From: Octopus bimaculoides
Lineage: Eukaryota
Assembly (NCBI RefSeq): GCF_001194135.2
Contig: NC_069004.1
Coordinates: 19,539,582 to 19,603,581, forward strand
DNA: 64,000 bases
Direction of reading: 5' to 3'
Shown: one piece after another, positions 50,080 through 63,928 of the stretch
Layout: each line of letters starts with the position of its first letter
How positions within the stretch are numbered: the stretch's first letter is position 1
Notes under the pieces: model-generated
Told to the model about the DNA's origin: nothing
Seen by the model: only the letters and a program-made list of their open reading frames with translations
Database searches by the model: none
Program-made: the position numbers and the translations under genes

Positions 50080-52300
50080 GTGTGTTAGTAAGTGAGCAAC
50101 TAGATAGTTTTATTTGTTCCTATCTGGCAGTGACTTGAACAGTTACTAGTGGTGAACCATGTAGAGTGACGTGGGAGGAGGAGGAAGAGGAGAGTTCCTT
50201 GTGAAACAGGTCTCAAACTAAGAGCTATCATTCTCTTCCTTTTCTACAGATGTTCTTGGGAAATATATATTTATAAACCTGTTAACGTGTCCTTATTTTT
50301 TTTCCGGACTCAGTAGGAGCTAATTTAAGATGGATATACATATCTGAGATTCCAAAAGTCATTGTGCTTAGTGTATACTGGACATACATCAACATTGATT
50401 TGCTGGAGATTTGTCAACTTCTTTAATGTTGCTGCCATGAGAAAATGCACCCATTATACTCTGTGAAGTGGTTGGCAATAGGAAAGGTACACAGCCTTAA
50501 AAACCTAGCCAAAAGGAGCTGTGTATGAGCGCCAGTGTATGAGAGCAGTGTCTTCTAATTAGAAGTGACCCTATCCACAAGTATCCTTCCAACCCATTTC
50601 AGCATTGGAATGCAGGCATAGGAGGATGATGATGATGATGATGATAGCTACAGCTGCCACTTGGAATCTAGGATAACTTGGTGGAATATATCTATGCTTC
50701 TGCTGCTTGTTCTAGGTACATATGACCCAGTAAAACATTCATAATGTGACAGCAGAAGGGAGAGAAAGGACTGCATCAGCATTTGGCTGCTGTTCATTTC
50801 AGCTGATTTGTGGCATTTTTGACTGGTGTACTTGCTAATGACACCTTTCGGGAGGGGTCCACATATTTATAGTTTGATTACCTATGGACCTCTCATGACT
50901 GTTTTTATGAATGTGCTGGCAATGTACTTCAGACAAGGTATATTTTGAAGTACCTTATATTAATATAACTATCACCATCATCTGTCCACTTTCCATGCTG
51001 GTATGGATCGTATGGTTTGACAAGGATCCAACAAGTCGAAGGTCCACTTCGCACACACTAGGAAAGAATCAATCATTGGAAAGGATTTAGTTAAGTTAAC
51101 CTTTTCATTATTAATCTGATGTTTGTTATATGACTTAACCAAGAGGATCTCATATAAAATTATAATGGGATGATTTAAGTATGAACAGTTTCATATGAAA
51201 GGTTATGTATCACACAATTAGATAATGCCCCAAGTAGGTTGTATCAAAAAAGTTGATTGTGTTGGATAAAGGAAGTTGACTAAACCTAGTGATCTGCAGA
51301 GTTTACTAGATATCATAGAGCTTTTAACTCCTTATCCATCACGGTATTCTATCAGAAGTAATGCTTATTTATTCTCATTGTTTTGTATCAGTCATGCATT
51401 AACTGGTAGCTTTGAAATTTAGAATGATATTGTAGGGTTGGTGTGAGAGGCCAGATCTGGCCAGTTTGAACATAAAACAGGTAGAATATGGCTGGTTTAA
51501 ATGCTAAGAAGTTAAACTTGTCTTTATACTGAGGTTCTTACTTGCTTTAAGAGTCACATGTGGATAACCCCCCCCCTCCACCATACACACATGCATATGC
51601 TCACATATGCAGCTATGGTGGTGGAATTTTTCAAACACAGCAAATTTTCTATAATGTCTGATTTGATGCAACACATTTTCCAAGTTTAAATCCCGCCAGC
51701 ATTGACTTTTCTTTCCATTTCTTCAATTGCTGATAAAACAAGAAGTACTAGCAATAAATAAATAAATATAACAAAGGATTGACTTAGTTGCCAGTGTTTC
51801 TTCCTTTTCAAATGAGATCTGGTACCCCAGATGATTGATCAGCTATATTTATTGTAAACCTATTAGCCAGACACCTTGTCAGATGCCTCAGTCTGCAGAC
51901 TCAGCGTGTCTATGTAACTAACTAAATCAATTGTTGTTTATGCTGTTTCACTTGTTGTTTATGATAAATCAAATATCGCATATTGGTATCTCTTCATTTT
52001 TGTTGGAAATTGCCCCGGCCAACCTAAATACAGTAGTAAATATTTTGTACAGATATTCGCATAAAAAGATTAACACTAATGTTTAAAGAGATTTGATTTA
52101 TCAAAACAGAAAAATGTCAGATTATGTACAGTGAGAAACACAGGCATGTCTATGGAGTTAAGAAGTTCACCTACCAACTACATTATTTCAGGTTCAATTC
52201 TACTGCATGGCACCTTGGGGGGTTTTCTACTACAGCCTAAGGTTGATCAGGTTTTGTGAGTGGCTTTAGTAGGGAAGCATTTTGTATGCATGCATTCATG

Positions 52301-52343
<43 letters not shown>

Positions 52344-52353
52344 NNNNNNNNNN

Positions 52354-52397
<44 letters not shown>

Positions 52398-52691
52398 AAG
52401 TATCTGTCTATGTTTACAGTTGTACTTTTGCCCAAATCACTGAAGTACAACTTCTGGTATTAACATTTTATCTTTTCAAGTAATTGTCTGCTAGCTTTGT
52501 GCCTTCAAAGAAATGTAGATAAGAGATCCTATATTTGAAAAACCAGTAAGGATTACTTACTGAAAGGACATTCAGCTGTAAACCCATGCAAGCAGGGGAA
52601 AATCAACAGACAAAAAATACTCAAAGCCAACATTTGCTATTTGATAATCACAAATTATTATTGATAATTTATCATTGTAAGTGATGAATTG

Positions 52692-52950
52692 TGGAGGTGC
52701 GTGGATTAGTGGTTAGGGTGTCAGCATCATGATCGCAAGATTGTGGTTTTGATTCCAAGACCGGACGACGCGTTGTGTTCTTGAGCAAAACACTTCATTT
52801 TCACGTTGCTCCAGTCCACTCAGCTGGTAAAAATGAGTAATGCTGTGATGGAGTGGTGTCCCGTCCAGCTGGGGAACACATATGCCATTGAAACCGGGAA
52901 ACTGGGCCCATGAGCCTGGCTAGGCTTTAAAAGGGCGCATTTATTTTTAT
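52692..52950 (+). mobile_element. SINE family 3 with 14-bp TSD
   Basis: TAAGTGATGAATTG at 52678-52691 and 52951-52964. A tRNA-like head and CORE-like segment are present. Confidence 0.9.
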
Positions 52951-53389
52951 TAAGTGATGAATTGCATAAACAGGTGTTATTCCTTTATTTATAGATAGGT
53001 GGTGGTGCTATGAATTTTTATTATGGTGTTTTTCCTTTTGATTACATTTATATAACAGTCAACAAAATTCCATAATAGTGTGAAATCCTTCTTTTAAATA
53101 TCCCATAGCAATTGTTTCATTCCTTGCTTTGTAAGATAAAAGTTTCATTTTACTAATTTTAAAACTATGATCTCAGCTGGAATAACATGTGCACGCGTGC
53201 ACGCACACACATGTATGTATATCTTATATGTGCTTCACAGCGTTCAATACATACACACTTCTCCATGTCTGGCTGTACAGCCTTTTTGTTTGTTTATTTC
53301 ACCGTTTCGTTTTCCTGTCTTGTTTTCCGTCCGCCACTATCCTCCACGAAAAAAAATTTAATTTGTGTTTGGGGGACAGAACCATTTTA

Positions 53390-53626
53390 ACGATGCGTAC
53401 TGCCTTAATTCTTCGAAACGCCAGTGTTTTAATGGTGGCAGCTGATGAAGATGTTTCTATGTGGCCTACTTGTTTGTTGTACCTTGTTATCATTTTGTCC
53501 ATGTTCTTTTGCCATGTCATGTACCCAGTTATGTATCTATATGTACATGTGGATGAAAGTATATACATACATGTACATATATATGCATATACTCATATAT
53601 TGTTTATATATTGTTTATATATATAT
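53390..53626 (+). mobile_element. unclassified (TA)n-associated repeat; second copy 55900-56163
   Basis: Both copies share TCGAAA...AATGGTGGCAGCTGATGAAG...TGTGGCCT...TATCATTTTGTCCATGTT...TGTACC.AG.TATG and run towards an N gap next to (TA)n. Confidence 0.7.
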
Positions 53627-53978
53627 NNNNNNNNNNNNNNNNNNNNNNNNNNNNNNNNNNNNNNNNNNNNNNNNNNNNNNNNNNNNNNNNNNNNNNNNNN
53701 NNNNNNNNNNNNNNNNNNNNNNNNNNNNNNNNNNNNNNNNNNNNNNNNNNNNNNNNNNNNNNNNNNNNNNNNNNNNNNNNNNNNNNNNNNNNNNNNNNNN
53801 NNNNNNNNNNNNNNNNNNNNNNNNNNNNNNNNNNNNNNNNNNNNNNNNNNNNNNNNNNNNNNNNNNNNNNNNNNNNNNNNNNNNNNNNNNNNNNNNNNNN
53901 NNNNNNNNNNNNNNNNNNNNNNNNNNNNNNNNNNNNNNNNNNNNNNNNNNNNNNNNNNNNNNNNNNNNNNNNNNNNNN

Positions 53979-54022
<44 letters not shown>

Positions 54023-55043
54023 AGTCCGTTATGTATGTGTGTGTGTGTGTGCGTGAGTGTCCCCCCACCACTACTTGACACCCAGTATAGGTTTTATTCG
54101 TCTCTGTAACCTAGCAGTTCAGTTGGTAGAGACTGACAGAATAACTACGAAACTTAAACTAAGTACTCGGGTCAGTTTGACTAAAACCCTTCAAAGCTCT
54201 GGGCCCAGCATTATCAGAGTCCAGTGACTGAAACAAGTAAGAGAATAAAAGTAATAGGATGGCAGGAATAATGAACCCCCTAGACTTACATGCCTGCTTT
54301 ATAGAATATAACTTCATCCCTTTGTGTACTGAGGCTTTCAAGCCTTCCTGGTTTGATACATCAAGAGTCAATTAAATGAGTAATAGGCATGTAATGATGT
54401 TGATTCAATTTGCTGTCTTGTTACAGGGTGATAATCAGTTTTAACCTGTTCAACTTTAGTGAGTGATGGTAGCTGGCTGAATCAATAGATTGGAAGACCA
54501 GTGATTGATAAAGGCACTTAATTTTCAATTGATCTGTCAGCTTCTCTGTAACAAGGTACTATTGGGAGGGAGATACAGCTCACTGCAGTAAGTGGCTTGC
54601 ATTGCAGTGCTTAGATCAAATCTTGCCACAGACTGGGAACCATCACTACTGTTGTCATCATCTGAAGAAGTCTGTACATTGTTGCCTGATTTTTTTTTGA
54701 AACAGTAGCCAAATGTCCTTTAGCAATATCCTTTCATTTTCAGAGAGAGCATATTGGATAAATTTAGTCTGGCATTTGATAGGGGATAGTCATAACTTGA
54801 ATTATATTAATCATCGGTCTGTTTAATCATCATTACTGATTTGGAATTTTAATCCTCATCAGCTATAATCCAGGTATTAATAATGGTTTCAAATTTTGGC
54901 ACAAGGCCAGTAATTTGTGGGGGAGGGTGGTGGATAAGTCGATTACATCGACTCCAGTACTCAACTAGTACTTATTTTATTGGCCCTGAAAGGATGAAAG
55001 GTAAAGTCGACTTTGGCAGAATTTGAACTCAGAATGTAGAGAT

Positions 55044-55490
55044 GGAGTGGCTGTGTGGTAAGGTGCTTGCTTACCAACCGCATGGTTCCGGGTTCGTTCC
55101 CACTGCGTGGCACCTTGGGCAAGTGTCTTCTACTATAGCCTCAGGCCGACCAAAGCCTTGTGAGTGGATTTGGTAGACGGAAACTGAAAGAAGCCTGTTG
55201 TATATATGTATATATNNNNNNNNNNNNNNNNNNNNNNNNNNNNNNNNNNNNNNNNNNNNNNNNTATATATATATATATGTTTGTGTGTCTGTGTTTGTCC
55301 TCCTAGCATTGCTTGACAACCGATGGTGGTGTGTTTACGTCCCCCGTAACTTAGTGGTTCGGCAAAAGAGACCGATAGAATAAGTACTAGGCTTCCAAAG
55401 AATAAGTCCTGGGGTTGATTTGCTTGACTAAAGGCGGTGCTCTGGCATGGCCGCAGTCAAATGACTGAAACAAGTAAAAGAGTAAAGAGT
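55044..55490 (+). mobile_element. full-length young SINE family 1, truncating a minus-strand family-2 copy (about 54880-55040)
   Basis: Near-identical to the 9492 and 16021 copies, with an N gap in the central microsatellite. Confidence 0.92.
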
Positions 55491-55540
55491 ATATGAATAT
55501 GTGTGTGTGCATGTGGGTATATATAATATATGTGTATGTA

Positions 55541-55758
55541 CAGTAATCCCTTGCCATATCATGGTTCACTTATCACACACTCAGTACATCGCAGTTCATG
55601 TATTGCTTACTCAGTACCCCATGGATTTTTCTGGCTAACATATGTAAATTTATATTGTGGACTCCTCAGTATATCACGGGTTTCTGCAGCTTTTAGATTT
55701 TAATTATTTCTGTGGGAGGTTCTGGAACGTTACACCCGCGATAATCAAGGGATTACTG
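55541..55758. mobile_element. Tigger/pogo-like MITE with TA TSD (partial relative at about 4990-5165)
   Basis: TA|CAGTAATCCCTTG...CAAGGGATTACTG|TA: a perfect 13-bp TIR. Confidence 0.88.
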
Positions 55759-55844
55759 TATTTATTATCTTCATCAGTAACCCTCAGCTAAGTTGTTTAC
55801 AACCACTCTGTGTGGGTGTGGGTGTAAGTATAAATATATTTATA

Positions 55845-55889
<45 letters not shown>

Positions 55890-56899
55890 NNNNNNNNNNT
55901 TCGAAATGCTTAGTTTTAGAATGGTGGCAGCTGATGAAGGAAATGTTCTCTTTGTGGCCTGAGTGTTTTTTGTACTCTGTTTATCATTTTGTCCATGTTT
56001 TTTTTTTGCGATGTCCTGTACCTAGATATGCATCTATATATACATGTAGAGGTAGGTATTTACATACATGTACGTATATATGCATATACTCATATATTAT
56101 TTGTATTATATATATCGTGCATACTGCAATCACCTTTGAAATCCGTGTTGCTTATTTTTTGATNNNNNNNNNNNNNNNNNNNNNNNNNNNNNNNNNNNNN
56201 NNNNNNNNNNNNNNTATATATATATATATATTTGAGAGAGGGTGAGGAGAGAGAGACTACACAGTATACTCTATAAAATGCAGGACAAAGAACTACCAGT
56301 TAAGTTCTAGGATCAGTTTAATATTTCTCTCAGGCACTCCAGATTTGAATGGAAATTATATAAGAAGAATCATGGCCGTGGAGCGAGTCTGCTGGGTTTG
56401 TGAAACATATCAGTAGATTGTTATAAAATTCCAAGAATATGTATGTTGGTGATACAAGGATTTTTTAACATTGGCACAAGTCCCATACATCTTGAGGGAT
56501 TAAGGTCATCCAATTTAATTAGTCCTAGTACTTGACTGGTGCTTATTTTATCACCCCTGGAAGTAGAATATAGAGAGGTCATCATCATCATTTAACATCC
56601 ACCTGGCATGGGTTGGACAGTTTGGTGGAGCTGGCCAGGCAGGAACCTGCAGCAAACTTCTGTGCCTGTTTTGGCAGGGTTTTTATAGTTGGATGCCCTT
56701 CCTAACATCAAGTAAATATTTAAGTAAATATCTTTGTTTTGTATCTGGTTTGCAAGATTCTTGATGTGAATTTGTGTGTTGGAACAAATTTTATTGTACC
56801 ACTGTTATTATCCGATGGATTTGGGTTATAAATTGGCATAAGTAAATATCACAATTTATTTTGTCTGATGCTCTTCTGATTCTGCCAGTTGCACCCCAA

Positions 56900-59015
56900 A
56901 TATCAGTTTCAAATTTTGGCACAAAGCCAGCAATTTCAGGGGAAGTGGGTAAGTCGATTATATCGACCCCCAGTGCTCAACTGATATTTATTGTATTGAT
57001 CCTGAAAGGATGAAAGGCAAAGTTGACCTTGGCAGTGTTTGAATTCAGAACGTAGAGACTGACGAAATGCTGCTAAACATTTTGCCAGTTTGATACCATG
57101 ATGATGATAACAATGACGACGACCCTGTCTACTATAGGCACAAGGCCTGAAATTTGTGGTGGTGGTAGTGGTAGGGGGTGGGTGGCTAGTTGACTACATC
57201 AATCTCAGCTTTTGCCAGCTCACTGATAGATATGCATCCCACATATTGATATAAACATTATCACACTCTTATTTATATCTGAGACATGATCAACAAAATG
57301 ATGTTTTTCTCTCGTTTGGGAGGTTATTTGAGAAATTACCATGAAGCTTTACACATGGACATAACCGTGCACATTTAAATCACACACACATATGTAGAAT
57401 TGGTTGGCTATCATCTGATTGGCTAGAAAATAGTTGCTCTTTGTAGCCTTAAGGCACAAGCCTGGGCAAGTTGTGGAGATTATTGGTTTTCAAACTGTTT
57501 GTCCAGTAACGTCTGGTGATACGACTTTGTGTTTGCTGCAAAAGTTAAACTGATGATAACTGAGTAGTTGTTTGGTCACTTACTATTCCACTTTTTCTTT
57601 ATGTCACTCCCTCTCATATATACACCTTGTTATCATCGTCATTTAACCATTTAACCCAGCCATACCTCTGCCTTAATATTCAATCTGTTTTATGCTTAAA
57701 CTGGCCTTTCAAACCTGCCCTACATTGTCATTTTATAAATAAACAATCACATCATTGAAATCTTAAAGCTATGAAATGATGCTTGATTAATTCAAAATAA
57801 TGTGAATACATAAGCATTACATTTGACAGAGTAATCTGAATGCTGAAGGGCCAACATCTGTGCTCCATGCTGGCCTGACATAAATGGTTTGACAATGCAA
57901 TCAGTTGTAGGACTGCATCAAGCTTCACTGTCTACTTTTGCATGATTTCTATGACTGCATGTCCTCCCTAATGCCAACCACTTTACACTGAATGCTGGGT
58001 GCTTTTTTCTTTTTTCATGCCACTGGCACAAAACCAGAGGTGGCGTGGGGTGGGGCTTGATGCAAGATGAAGGGCTAAAATAGTTTCAGAGCTCCATCCC
58101 ACAATGCATTCATATTGCATTGTTTTTATTTTATTTTTTTTGAGATTTTTATATTGTTTGTGAACTATGGCACTGTTGGTTGCAGGCTTTTCTAAATAGC
58201 TAGTCCACTGCTTCCCATCATTTCTGATAGCCAAAGTGATGAAGGGAATGTCTGTAACTGGGTTAGAACAAATATCTCAAGGTACTCCATTTGTGAGCCA
58301 CCTGTTTTGGTGTTGTTTATATACACTCACACAAGCACGGGTGGTAGACTTAATCTGTTACCTGTTTTAATATGATCACCTAGCAACTCAGGTGCTTTTA
58401 GTCCACACTGAAGCAAGCAGTCAGGTTACCTCCTTGATTTGAGGATATTTTCCCCTCTCCCTCTCTTACGCATCAGTCTTAGAGGCTCTGTAAAGGGTAA
58501 GATATACTGTTTTTCTAACACACACAACATGATGGGCTTCTGCACATTTTCCAGATTTCACTTACTCACAAAGTTGGTCAACCCAAGGCTATGGTAGAAA
58601 GTGCAATCAAATCTAAAACCACGGGGTTGCAAAGTAAACCTTTTAACCCTCACAGTCATGCTTGTACTTCATTTTATATTTGGACATAATTACTTGTACT
58701 TAATGAATCCCAGATGGAGGAAAAGTAAAGTTGACTGAAAATATTTGAAACATTTGTATGAGCAAGGCAAATGGACTCTAGCATAACCAGGTAGCTTTAA
58801 TTTGAATGAAATAATCTTTTCTATTATAGGCACAAGGCCTGAAAGTTTTTTTTTGGGGTGGGGGATTAATCAATTACATCAACCCCAGTACTCAATTGGT
58901 ACTTATTTAATCAGCCCCGAAAATATGAAAAGCAAAGTTGACCTCAGCAAAAGGCAGATGAAAAGCTGCTAAGTATTTTGTCCAATGTGTTAATGATTCT
59001 GCCAGCTCACAGCCT
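56900..59015 (-). mobile_element. minus-strand family-2 SINE copies (about 56905-57090, 57125-57210, 58820-59015) and RTE-tail fragments
   Basis: Reverse-complement family motifs (GGATGAAAGGCAAAGTTGACC...GAATTCAGAACG). Confidence 0.75.
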
Positions 59016-60199
59016 TAGTTTGAATGAAATAATAAAGAACTCTGTAACATTTGGCACCCTTGAACCTTTCAATATTCAGGTTACTCTGTCAAATGTAATG
59101 CTTATTTATTCACATTGTTTTTAATTAATCATGCATTATCTCATGGCATGGAAATTTTGACGATGTGATTGTATAATTTTAGAATGGCATTGTAAGGTAG
59201 GTTTACTGGTTTGATCATAACACAGGTATACTATTTGGGTTTGATATGCAAAAAGGTTATATATTTATATATATATTATTAGCTTATATGTGAAGGTACT
59301 TGATCTAGTGGTTAAAGTGTTGGACTAATGATCGTAAAGCCATAGGTTTGATTCCTGAATTGAGTGGTGCACTTGTGTCTTTGAGCAGGGCATTTCATTT
59401 CATGTTACTGCAGTCTACTCAGCTGAAAATAAAACCACCAGCCTTTCTCTCTCCACGTCCTCTATGCTGTGATGGGTGGGAGAGTGTCTATATCTGCTCA
59501 CAACTTCATTGCCATTAGTGAAAAGCACAGTGCATGTTACCAAGTCATTTTCAATTGTAAGTGAAGGCTATTGATGAGGAAAGTCCAATTTAACACAATA
59601 ATCTGTGGGGTTGGACTAAAACGGGAACCTTGGTTATTGTGGGCATTATTTAAAAGAGGGAGAGAGAGAGAGGTGGGACTTGCGAGATTGTTAGAAGGAA
59701 AGGAAGTAGGAAATCACAAATCAAGGGTGTTATTGCCATACTGGAGATCCAGTCTGATTACCTGTAATGGACTAAATTCTGTGGAAGATTCCTCATGCCC
59801 ATTTGGTGGTGTTTAACCTGGCAACAGAGTGATCTGTATTACTCCAAAACTAGATACAATCTATCTATTGGATTCCTACACTGTTCTCATCTGTCCATTT
59901 CAGTGACAAGCTTTGGTAGACACTTGCTGAAAGTCCTGTTGTCAGAAAAATTCATAGATAGCTACATAAAATTTATTACCAAATCATAAGTATCATTCAG
60001 TATTCAGAGTGGAATTAAATCCATCTCTCTTTCCCTGTATATATATAATTTCAATATCCACTTTTCTATGCTTGCATGGGTTAGGCAGTTTCATTGAGGG
60101 AGGTTTTTTTACGGCCAGATGCCATTCTTGTCGCCAACCATCACCTGTTTCTTAGCAAAGTAATGTTATGACATTGCTTGTATGACTGACAATTATTTA

Positions 60200-61659
60200 C
60201 ATCACGTGGTGTGACGGCGAGACAAACATTATACACTTCCACGCGTGCACACACAACTGGCTTCTTTCAGTTCCCGTCTCCCAAATCTGCGCACAAGACC
60301 GGGTTTATTGTAGAAGACATCATTTGCCCAAAGTGACACGCTACGGGACTGCACCCGGAACCATGTAGTTGGGAAGCAAACTTTGTGTGTGTGTGTGTGT
60401 GTGTAGTGTATTATTTATTGCATGATATTTTGACCTAATTCATTGCGGAAACACTTCAGTTTTTCTGTCAACACATGTGTGTGGTTGTGTAAATACACAC
60501 ACACAAATACGTCTTTGACGAAGTTGGAACTCATAACCTTTATTAGTAACAACACGTTTTCAATATCCTACATCACAAACAAAGCGGTGAACTGGCAGAA
60601 TCGTTAGCACACCGGGCAATATGTTTAGTTGCATTTCGTCCGTTTTTTATTCCGAGTTCAAATTTTGCCGTGGTCGACTTTGCCTTTCATCCTTTCGGAG
60701 TCAAGCACTGGGGTCGATGTAATCGGTTATCCCTCTTCCCCAAAATTTCAGAGGAACGTATATACATTCTGTAAGGTGGTTGACGTTAGAAGGACATTAG
60801 GCTATTAGAAACTATGCCAAAGCAGTCCTTCGGTTTCGGTGCAGTCCTTTTGCTCTTCGGTTCATGTTCGAGCCGTCCAACTCTTGCCACCCTGGGAAAA
60901 TGGGACGTGAAACGACGACGATGACAATGGATATATATGAGGGGAAAAAAATATGGCATCTGTGGTCATTATTTGATCCTAGTTGAAAAATTCTGTTGGA
61001 TTTGCCGCCAGTTATGGGTGGTGCTAATGTTTACATTATCAATGTACGCGACGTGGATTGGCAGAATCAATAGAGCGTCGGGCAAAATGTTTTGCAGCAG
61101 TATTTGTTCAGGCTCATTTTCGTAAGTTCGAATCCTAGCGTGGTCATGTTTGCTTTTCATCCTTCCAGAGTCGATTAATCAACAAGCCCTCAATTTTTGG
61201 TCTTGTGCCTTATGTTAGAAATTGTCATTGTAAAACTGTGGGAACAGGTTGAGGGCATCGCTGCAATATAAATATTTTACATTGTTTAGTATCTTCATTT
61301 CGGATTTGTTTTATTGTGGTGTGTGATTGTAGTTTTAGTCCCTAATGCAAATAACAAGGAAATAATAATATTGGTGCCAGTCGTATGGAAAAACAGACAG
61401 GTCTTAGTGACAGAAGTGTCAGAGCGCCGGACCAACTACGTCTCCTATATGTTCTCTGAGTTCAAACTCACCCTTGGTTAATTTGTGATTCTTTAAGGAA
61501 AGGTACAACGGGTTGAAATCAGTACCGGTTAAGTATTTATTACACCTCATCCTTGCAAATGTGTTTTCCTTATGCCAAAGTTCGAAATCATTATGAAATT
61601 AACTGGTTTTCGTTTTCGTTATTTTTCTTTTTTCGTGACGGTTTTTGAACGGGATTGAC

Positions 61660-61699
<40 letters not shown>

Positions 61700-62180
61700 A
61701 TAGAAGCGGCTCGTGGTGTACCGTTGCATTGAAGCTCTTACTTGTGGGGTGGTTCTTGTGCTTGAAACGGCGGGTGAGGGCGAGTAACAAAAACTGACCG
61801 TACACGTGTGTGTATGTATATGTATGTGTGACCAAGAATGTGCGCGCACACACATTTTTTCCAGCAGTAGAGATCAGAGAGGGAGAAAGAGAAAAAGAGA
61901 GAAACCTTGTTTGACCTAATTTCTAGTTTTCACTTGGTGCTTGTAGTGTGGTGTGTGTTTGTAGTGTTATTGGTTAGTTTTAGTTTAGACTTTAGCTCGA
62001 CACTTTGTGGAATTCGCTGCTTGCGCAGGTCAGTAATTAACTGTGCTAAATTCTCTCTACACGTTTTTTTTTTCTCTTTGGGGTAACTTTTTTTATATTT
62101 AATCATTATTGTAAAGTCGTTGCCTGTGTTTCTCCTTCTTTGGCTTTCAGTGTTCAGTAGGGTTTTAAATTCACTGTTGC

Positions 62181-62219
<39 letters not shown>

Positions 62220-62715
62220 GAAACAGAGAATGTATAAGTTCTATGTGATAAAGTGTAATATCTGATTGTTAGTAAGGTTTAAAATATTGTTGCCATATGT
62301 GTGTGCGCGCGTGTACGCTCTTTGCCTAAGTGAGTTTTTAATTCAGTCACCATGTGTAAGAGAGAGTAATATGTGGAAGATTTATTTGTGAGTAATGAAT
62401 GAAAGCCTTGTCTATATAAGTGTTCTATGATCTAAAATTCACCATTGCCGTACTGAGTGTGTGTGTCTTGTGTATTTAATGTTCGGTGTGATTTTAAAAC
62501 TCACTGTTGCCATGTGAGTGCGCACGCGAGTCTGTGTGTGACACAGTTGAGACCTCGCATCAACATCCAACAGCCACCACCACCACCATTACAATGTATA
62601 CAACAACTATTACTACTACTAGAAATATTTTTGTCCTCTCCTTCCTCTAAAATCTCCATCCATGCACAACTTTCTCAAATTTCTGCCATTATTCAGAGCT
62701 ATAAGCTTGCAGTCT

Positions 62716-62746
<31 letters not shown>

Positions 62747-63449
62747 ATGTGTGTGTATATAATACATTCTTTCTATACTAATGTGCTCGTATGTAGCATT
62801 GCTGTGTGTATTTTAGCAAGTGTCATGATTTGAGAGTGGGAGAGGACAGGCCGACTGTCTGTCTGCTAGTTGTGTTGGTTCACTCTATGTATCCATGGAA
62901 CCGGCGTGACAGTGAGTTCTTCACAAGCTAACTTTCTGCTTGTGAAAACTACCACCATCGTCACACCACCACTATTAACTACATTTCTGATGTTTCCATA
63001 TCTTTCTCTCTTCTCTTCTACTTTGCCTTCTCTCTCATTCTCCCCCTTCTTTTCTTCTCCGTCTTTCCATCGTTCTTCCTCTTAACACTTTCTCCCTCTC
63101 TCTCTCTCGTTGCTTTAGTAGTTCTATATGTCAATAAGTGTGTAGTTTGGCTTTCTTCTTAGAACCACCACCACCGCTGCCGCCGCGATGACTACCTACT
63201 TCCACTTCACTTGCTGCTGCTACTACTTCCAGCCACCACCACCACCACCACTGTTACTACTATTACTACCTTGGCATTGTCGTTAAGCTTTTACAGATTG
63301 CTTTCTCCGGTGATGGCTACTCATTCACATACAAACACTCACTCACTCATTCTAACATGCGCGCACGCAAACGCATAAGCTTTCGATCTCTTGCACACAC
63401 ACACACACTTGCATGCATACACCTATATTCATACAAGCTTTCAATATCT

Positions 63450-63491
<42 letters not shown>

Positions 63492-63650
63492 GATGACCTC
63501 GCCGCACTACTTCTGTGTGTATGTGTTGTTTGTCTTGGACAGCTTGTCAGAGAACTTCGCGCGTTGAGTCGATCATGTTTCAGTTCTAAATAACATGTTA
63601 TTTATTTATTTTTGTCTCTTTTGGTTGGTTACTTAGTTAAAAATACTGAC
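60200..63650 (+). promoter_or_regulatory. CpG-retaining putative promoter / 5' region with candidate first exon(s)
   Basis: CpG is visibly more frequent than upstream, and diverged SINEs here keep their CpGs. (GA)n tracts are present. Donors GCGCAG|GTCAGT at 62028/62029 and GTGACA|GTGAGT at 62911/62912. Confidence 0.5.
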
Positions 63651-63928
63651 GTCTCGTTTCTACTCTCTTTCCTGTCATAATGTATGTCTATGTGTATACA
63701 TACACATATATAATACACTATTTGTGTGTGTATATATATATAATATATATATATATCTATATAATGAATATATTGGCACACACCTTGTGTGCATAGGCAT
63801 ACATAAATGTAGTGTTAGAGATAGATATAAGTAAGGGAGATTAGTCTCGTGTGCACAGTATATATATATATATATATATATATATGTTAATTCTCTAAAT
63901 GAAGTATTAACAGTAACTGCACGATAAA

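Noticed and set aside
50230-50300. Strong plus-strand acceptor (TTCTCTTCCTTTTTCTACAG) followed by ATG
   Set aside because: Short frame and no donor nearby; insufficient on its own.
53405-53455. Possible type II hammerhead (CGAAA...CTGATGA)
   Set aside because: A stem III can be drawn but there is no UH cleavage triplet and no room for stem I.
54540-54750. Minus-strand frame KSGNNVQTSSDDDNSSDGSQ...
   Set aside because: Bounded by stops, no convincing splice sites, no homology recognised.
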